In this document: piece after piece, positions 52,001-64,000 of the stretch
Layout: each line of letters opens with the position of its first letter
How positions within the stretch are numbered: the stretch's first letter is position 1
Assembly (NCBI GenBank): GCA_964016885.1
Contig: OZ024742.1
Coordinates: 289,478,001 to 289,542,000 of the forward strand
DNA from: Eledone cirrhosa
Lineage: Eukaryota
DNA length: 64,000 nt
Direction: 5' to 3'
Notes under the pieces: model-generated
Database searches by the model: none
The model's input: only the letters and a program-made list of their open reading frames with translations
What the model was told of the DNA's origin: nothing
Position numbers and translations under genes: made by a program

Positions 52001-52345
52001 AACAAAGAGGAGTGCTCGCATTGTCGTCCACGAGGTGAATTTGACTTTAACTTTGGCATTTTCGCTCTGAGCGTCCAGATTTTTCTCTCCCTTCCACTCT
52101 CCAGGATTCCGCAGTCCGTCCATCCATCCATCCATCCATCATATATCGAAGGCAACCGGGCAAGCGATAGTATAGGCCTCTGGCTTATGATTGATCCGCG
52201 TAATAATAATAATGGTGATGCGTGGGGGGGGGGGCTCTGGCTTATAATAATAATGGTGATGCGTGGGGGGGGCTCTGGCTTATGATTGGTCCACGTATTA
52301 AGTATGGTGGTGTGTGGCGGCGGGTGGGAGGGGTGTGGGGTAGCT
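49031..52345 (-). mobile_element. RTE LINE retaining its 5' UTR; open ORF with a 510-bp in-frame deletion in the endonuclease
   Basis: ORF 49387..52155 joins QNFR directly to ILEFCDAN. Confidence 0.94.
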
Positions 52346-56494
<4,149 letters not shown>

Positions 56495-56512
56495 ATACAT
56501 ATATATATATAT

Positions 56513-56590
<78 letters not shown>

Positions 56591-56608
56591 ATACATATAT
56601 ATATATAT

Positions 56609-56647
<39 letters not shown>

Positions 56648-56650
56648 TAC

Positions 56651-56780
<130 letters not shown>

Positions 56781-56820
56781 ATACATATATATATATATAC
56801 ACATATATATATATATACAT

Positions 56821-56873
<53 letters not shown>

Positions 56874-56986
56874 CATACATATACATATATATATATATAT
56901 ATATACATATACATACATATACATACATATATATATATATATACATATACATACATATACATACATATATATATATATATACATAC

Positions 56987-57025
<39 letters not shown>

Positions 57026-57062
57026 CATACATATACATACATATATATATATATATACATAC

Positions 57063-57101
<39 letters not shown>

Positions 57102-57190
57102 CATACATATACATATATATATATACATATACATATATATATATATATATACATATACATACATATATATATATATATATATCTATACAT

Positions 57191-57221
<31 letters not shown>

Positions 57222-57260
57222 CATATACATACATATATATATATATATATATCCATACAT

Positions 57261-57291
<31 letters not shown>

Positions 57292-57294
57292 CAT

Positions 57295-57371
<77 letters not shown>

Positions 57372-57407
57372 CATATATATATATATATATATACATATAC
57401 ATACATA

Positions 57408-59586
57408 TACTCTTTTACTCTTTTACCTGTTTCAGCCATCCGGCTGAGGCCATGCTGGGGCACCGCCCTTGTTGCTACACATTTTATCTCCAGCCTGTAT
57501 AAGTTGGCCACTGGTGTAGGAGGGAGTTTGTTGCTGCTGCCCTTAGGTTTCCCTCGTGTCTTGCTGTAGGCTCATCCGGGATCCTGGATAACAAGGTGTC
57601 GAGATGTTTCTTAAAGACATCCACCTCCACGTCATGCAAGTCTCGCAGATGCCTCGGCAGCCTGTTGAAGAGTTGAGGGCCCTTGAATCCCAGGCTATTG
57701 CAATACCTGCTCCTTATTCTAGATGTGGAAGACGGGACCTTTGGCACCACACAGTGACGTCCTGTTCGACGGTTGGTCCAGCTCCCAATGCCAAAGTTTG
57801 GTGCTAGTCCCTCCAGGATTTTCCACATGTAGATCACTGCGTATCTCTCCCGTCTTCTCTCCAAGGAGTAGAGGTTCAGTTCCTTTAGCCTCTCCCAGTA
57901 GCTTGTCTCCCTCATCTTGGCAATCCTCTTGGTGTAGCTTCGCTGGATTGCCTCAAGCTCCGTGGTTAGTTTGACACTATGGGGTGACCACAGCTGGGAG
58001 CAGTAGTCCAGGCGGCTTAGGACAAAAGTCCTCCACAGTGTCAACATGGTGTCTCGATCTCTTGTAAGGAAAGTCCTCAAGATCCAGCCAGCGAATCGTC
58101 TACATGTTGTCGCCACCTTCATGATGTGTGAATAAAAAGATGCATCATCGCTCACGTCTATGCCCAGGTCTCGTATCGATTTTGACACGGGGATATCGGT
58201 CCCTCATGGTCCTGTGTAGCTGTGTTCCGCTATATTTGTGTTTGTGTTTGCAGGTTTGTATTGTAGGGCTTGGAATTTGCCAGCATTAAACTGCATGTTG
58301 TTTTCTTCCGCCCATCTGTATATGGCATCCAGATCCTGCTGTAAGAGGGCAGCGTCAGCCGGGTTTTTGATTGCCTGTGCTACCTTAGTGTCATCAGCAT
58401 AGCTAGTGAGGGATGTTGTTGCATGCACCACAGAGGGCATGTCCGAGAGAGCCACCAAAAACAGTAGTGGTCCCAGGACTGTCCCCTGGGGCACCCCACT
58501 TGTTATCGGTGTTTCCCTCGAGAGGGCCCCATTTGCTGCGACTGCCTGGCTTCTGTCCCTTAGGAAGCCATGCAGCCACTCACCTACTTTTCCAGTTATG
58601 CCGAGTCCGTGTAGTTTGTGACACATCATTCCGTGGTCGACCTTGTCAAAGGCCTTCGCAAAGTCAAGATATATCACGTCTACATGTGAGCTGTCTAGTA
58701 GTTGTCTCAGTACCCAGTCGTAGTGATGTAGCAGCTGTGTAAGGCAGCTTCTTCCTGGGCGGAAGCCATGTTGCGTGCTAGTCAGGCGGTCATTTTCTTC
58801 GAGGAAAGTGATTAGTTTCTTTCTGACGACTCGCTCCATGACCTTACTGATATGCAACGTCAGGGAGACTGGCCTATAGTTCTTGGCCTCCGCTCTACTA
58901 CCTCCTTTATGGATAGGGCATATTGTGCCTTCTTTCAGCTCCCTGGGTAGTACACCGCTAGCCAAGGAGCTTCTGAAGAGCATCTTCAGTGGAGTTGCTA
59001 AGGCCCGCTTACATATTTTTAGGAGAACTGCTGGGAATCCATCAGGTCCAGCAGCCGAGTCTGTTCTAATTTCATCAATGGCGTACACCACATCCTCCTC
59101 CGTTATGTCTATGTGGTTGATGGTTGCCATTTCTTGATGTAGTGTTGTGGCATCAAAGAACTCCTCTGGCTTCGTTATTTGCATGTGCCTCAGTGGACAT
59201 GTGAAGACACTTTTGTACTGTTCGTTCAGTATTTCACATATCTCTTGGGGATTTTCGGTTAATGAACCGTCCGTGTGGAAGAGTGGTCCAATCTTGCAGT
59301 GTACTGAGGCAGTTTCTTTTGCAAATTTAAAGAAGGCCTTAGGGTTTGTTTTAATGTTTTCTATGGCCCTGTTCTCTTTCTTTGCCCTCTCATTCTCATG
59401 TGAAAGTTTGAGTGCAATCTCGGTGTCAAGTAGTGCACGTTTCAAATAGGATTCCTTCTTGTTTTGGTTTTGTTGACTATTCAACTGGTTTGAGAGTTTA
59501 GTTCTACGTCTCATAAGGATTTTCCTATCTCTGGGAATAAGATTTTTGTGTCTGTTTGCCTCTTTCTCCGGGACACACTTTTTTTT
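57408..59586 (-). mobile_element. 5'-truncated CR1-group LINE (RT, one frameshift near 58200)
   Basis: [66 protein letters not shown]; (GTAAAAGA)n tail. Confidence 0.92.
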
Positions 59587-59630
59587 ATATACATACATAT
59601 ATATATATACATATATACATATACATACAT

Positions 59631-59687
<57 letters not shown>

Positions 59688-59695
59688 GATACATA

Positions 59696-59727
<32 letters not shown>

Positions 59728-59792
59728 CATATATATATATACATATATATATATACATATCCATATATATATACATATACATATATATATAC

Positions 59793-59875
<83 letters not shown>

Positions 59876-59918
59876 CATATATATATATACATATATATAT
59901 ATACATATATATATATAC

Positions 59919-60003
<85 letters not shown>

Positions 60004-60008
60004 CATAA

Positions 60009-60376
60009 CGGCGATGAATTAGTTTTGCGAGGTTTTGATATGAAATCGTGTGTCTAAAAAAATATTGTGGTGCTATTATGTTTCTTCCCGTTGGCGTAGG
60101 CATACAATACAACGGGAGGAAACATAATAGCACCACTGACGATGTTGTTGTAGATGTGCAACGAAAGAACTTTGTTAGACTATATATATGTCTTTGTGTC
60201 TATATTGTATCTGTATTTTTGACCGTTGGTCAGTCAATGGTAACATTGAGGATCGAATAAATTAAATTAACTGATATAAAAGACAGAGAAGCGAAAACCA
60301 ACCAAACAGTGAGTGTGTGCTGTTATTAATTCTGGCAATATAATTACACAAATATGACCCTCCCCAAGTATAACAA
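60009..60376 (+). mobile_element. Diverged PLE family 1 3'-terminal fragment with a short 5' inversion
   Basis: Homologous to 28360-28660; 27-bp arm at 60066-60092 is the reverse complement (one mismatch) of 60109-60136. Confidence 0.85.
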
Positions 60377-60921
60377 TATATATACATACATATATATATA
60401 TATACATATATATACAGTTGAAAATTGGAAACTTGACTGTCACCACTGAATATGAACCTGAAGATTGCGAAAGCATGAAAGTACTTGTTCAATTAACATT
60501 TAACATTTAATATTCTACCATACTATTTCATTATAATATCATTATAATTTTAAAGGATTGTAAATAAAACGAGTAAATCAGACAAAGTTGGAATTCCTTT
60601 TATTAATATACATATATATATATATATACATACATATATATATATGCATATATATACATATATATACATACATATACATATATATACATACATATATATA
60701 TGTAAGTATGTATATGTCCATACATATATGTATACAGACGTACAGTAGTATGTATATACATACATACATGCACACACATATATATGTACGTATGGGTTTA
60801 CCGAACATTTATTATAATGCTCGGTTTGTTTGTAAACAAACAGCCCGAATTATAAGCTGTACAGTGTTCGGCAACCATCGTTGCCATTTTGTTCAACACT
60901 GACAAAGGAACGATGAATTAG

Positions 60922-61466
60922 TGTATTTTTGGTTAAGAGGTGCCTATTAACTGTAGGTTTCGCTTTGTACATAGGCAAGGCAGGTCTTCTGTATTACTGC
61001 GTAGTGCCAAAGATCTCGATCCAGTGACATTGTCTTAGAGAAGTGTAAGTGTGTAAGGCCGGAATTTATCAAATCGTCCCAGGTATTTCTGGGTCTACCT
61101 ACTCCATAACTTCCATCAATTTTGATCGCCCTGCACTTTTTTATACAACTGTCGTCTTTCTTGCGCATCACGAGACCATACCTACATAGTTTTCTCTCGA
61201 GTAAACAGCATCTGATCCCTCTCATTCCTAATTTCTCACTTAGTTCATTTATGCTTTGCTGTTGACGTATATTACTATTACACACCCAGCGGAGCATGCA
61301 TGCTTCATTCCTCTCCAGTCTGCGCAGATCCACTGCACACAATGCCCATGTCTCACTGCCATGTAACATTGCTGTTCGTATGCAGGCATCATACAATCTG
61401 CCTTTCATTTTTAAAGAGAAACCTTTAGTGGCCAATAGTGGTATAAGGTCTCTGAACTTTTTCCAG
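60922..61466 (-). mobile_element. Older RTE fragment (separate 3'-UTR pieces at 61509-61678 - and 61699-61767 +)
   Basis: ORF 60947..61480 WKKFRDLIPLL...TMSLDRDLW. Confidence 0.88.
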
Positions 61467-61781
61467 AACTTAAGGACCACCAGATGACAGATCGGGGTAC
61501 TCGATATATCATCATCATCGTTTAACGGTCTATCTTCCAGACTAGCATCAGTTAGACGAGAATTGTCCCACTTGAGGCAAGATTGGTCGGGTGACCATGT
61601 CTCACTCGTATAGGACTATCTGGCAGGTTTTCTTGGTTGGATGCCCTTCCTAACACCAACCACATCTACAGTGTGGACATATATATACATATATATATGG
61701 GACAAAACCGTCCAACACATGCTACCGTGGAAGATGGACATTAAATGATGATGATGATGATGATGATATATATATATATAT

Positions 61782-62329
61782 AATTCTGTTCTGTCTCACC
61801 GTTGTTCTAAAAATAATTCTGCTCCTCGCATCTATATATCTTACAAGCCCCCAAAATCAAAAAATCATGTTCATAATTGTTTGTCTTTCTATGATTCTAA
61901 ATAATATTCCCGCAACCATTTTGGCCGAAAAAAATTATGCCAGGTTAAATTTTGGGATTGGCATCTCTCTCTCTCCCCCTCTCTCTCTCGGCCTGCTGAA
62001 ATCGCCTCTCACCCCCTCACTTTCACTATCATATACGCTGCTCTCACACTCCTCCCTCACTCCTTGCCAACCAAATATAAATAAGTCTTGTTAAAGGGGA
62101 CTAAACCCAGAATTTGTCTCCTATTATTGATGGTCGCTTGTTCAGTTTTCTTCTACGAAATGTAACGTAAATATTTCATTTTCTTCTCAACTCTCCACAT
62201 TCGGTTCATTCATCTATATATCTTACAATCCCCCAGAATAAAAAAATCGTATTCAAAATTGGCTTTCTATAATTCTGTTCTGTCTCACCGTTGTTCTAAA
62301 AATAATTCTGCTCCTCGCAAACTACCCCA
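61782..62329 (+). repeat. About 489-bp monomer-like unit upstream of an RTE 5' UTR
   Basis: aattctgttctgtctcaccgttgttctaaaaataattctgctcctcgca occurs near 61782 and again at 62271. Confidence 0.7.
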
Positions 62330-64000
62330 TACCCCTCCCTCCCGCCCCCACTCTCCACCTTATTATTTGGACCAATCACAAGTAAACGACCTATGCTAGC
62401 ACTTCTGGTTGCTTTTTCAATATGATGGATGAACTAGTGAATTTCTGGAGAGTCAGAAGAATCTGGACACCCGAAGACAATGCAAACGATAACGACAAAT
62501 TCACCTCATGCTGCCGGACGAAAGGGCAAAGCCCCACCCTCTTTGTTGCGGCCGCGGATGGCCAACATAACCCCAACCTCACCCCTCCCTGCACCCCACC
62601 CACCAAACGCAATCCAAAACTTCAGAGTTGGTACCATGAATGTAGGGACCTTAAAAGGCTGCTCAAACGAGGTTGTAGAAATGCTTGAACGTAAGGAGGT
62701 TGATGTCTGCTGCATCCAAGAGACCAGGTGGAGGGGCGGGTCTACTAGATTCATTGTGGGTAAAAAACGATGCTATAAGCTTTTCTGGGTTGGAAATGAC
62801 AATGGGCTGGGTGGGGTAGGAATCATGTTAGCAGAAAAATGGGTGGATAAGATAATAGACGTAAATAGAGTAAACAACAGAATAATTAAAATAAGACTTG
62901 TTCTAAATAGAACTACTGTGACGATAATATCTGCGTACGCGCCCCAATCCGGACTGCCTGGCGCTATAAAAGACACTTTCTATGAGACACTGATGCTCAC
63001 TACCTCCCAAATAACCGACAATGACTATATAATTATTGCTGGCGACCTAAATGGTCACGTTGGACAACATTGTGACGGCTATGATGAAATCCATGGAGGC
63101 TATGGGTTTGGTACTAGAAATGAGGAAGGCTCCAGAATCCTGGAATTCTGTGACGCAAATAACCTAACAATCTGTAACACTAACTTCAAAAAACAAGACA
63201 ATCACTTGATCACCTACAGATCAGGGGAACATACCAGCCAGGTAGATTATATCCTTACCAGAAGACGTGACAGAGTGACTGTTGTAAACACTAAATCCCT
63301 CCCCCATGAAGAATGCACCTCCCAACATAGACTGATAATTAGCGACCTCATAGTCAGGACGAGACGTACTCGACAGCAGAAGAGGACTATCCTCAGGAGA
63401 AAAATATGGAAGCTAAAGGACCCCACAGCCAGAAATAAATTTCAAAGCATATTACTTGATGCTTTCGACAGTAAGGAAGAGCATTTAGAGTCGGACAATA
63501 TAGAGGGACAGTGGGAATTCCTGAAAGCAAACCTGCTGATGGCGGCAGACGAAGTCTGTGGCTGGAGCAGGCCTATAGGCAGGAGGAGAGTAACATGGTG
63601 GTGGAACAGTAAGGTGGAGGAGTCGATTAAGGCCAAAAAGCAGGCTTGGAAAGTATGGCGGGATGGGGGAAGTAGAGAAGACTAATGAGTGGCCAGGAGG
63701 GAAGCTAGGAGACAAGTGTACTTCGCAAGAAGGGAAGCAGAGGAAAGAAAGTTCAAGCATGTTCTACAACGCGAGGACCAAAAACGTGAGGTGTTCAGGA
63801 TTGCGAGGCTATGTGTCAAGGAAAACTGTGATATTGTTGGGGAGAAGTGTGTACTAAATGATGATGGCGTACTCGCCATCACTGACGCTGATAAGAAGGT
63901 CGCTTGGAAGTGTCACTACGAGAGGCTACTAAATGAGGAGAATAAATGGGAGAAGGACAGTGTGTAGGAAAGGCGTAGGTAGAAACTCCATTTTATGTCC
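62330..64000 (+). mobile_element. RTE LINE 5' UTR + endonuclease (diverged subfamily); frameshift near 63684, RT deletion near 63960, runs off the window
   Basis: ORF 62480..63685 has APE motifs; EKDS is joined to the VCRKG segment. Confidence 0.92.

Noticed and set aside
51975-52345. HDV-like ribozyme in the RTE 5' region (GGCTAAC motif)
   Set aside because: Could not assemble the P1/P1.1/P2/P3 nested pseudoknot by eye; needs a descriptor search

Overview
AT-rich eukaryotic genomic DNA. The repeat content (RTE LINEs with (ATG)n tails, tRNA-headed SINEs, very long (TA)n/(TACA)n arrays) suggests a cephalopod, probably an octopus; this is an inference. Positions 1-16.7 kb hold nine short GT-AG exons on the minus strand that splice in frame into an unidentified coiled-coil protein. 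Their introns carry a deleted mariner, SINEs and three minisatellites. From about 16.9 kb to the window end no further host exon was found. That stretch is a nested pile of young elements sitting in roughly 8 kb of (TA)n-type arrays: head-to-tail non-autonomous Helitrons, about ten RTE LINE copies whose ORF carries a PHD-type finger next to the RT, Penelope-like elements (PLEs; RT + GIY-YIG) with hammerhead-like motifs, a CR1-group LINE and MITEs. The most unusual signals are: (1) an identical 28-nt cap at the 5' junction of two differently truncated PLEs; (2) covarying hammerhead-like motifs with an extra nucleotide; (3) an RTE-PLE chimera; (4) 636-bp tandem monomers upstream of an RTE that retains its 5' UTR; (5) five alternately oriented RTE copies that could form kb-long dsRNA. 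All calls come from reading the sequence by eye; no database searches were run.
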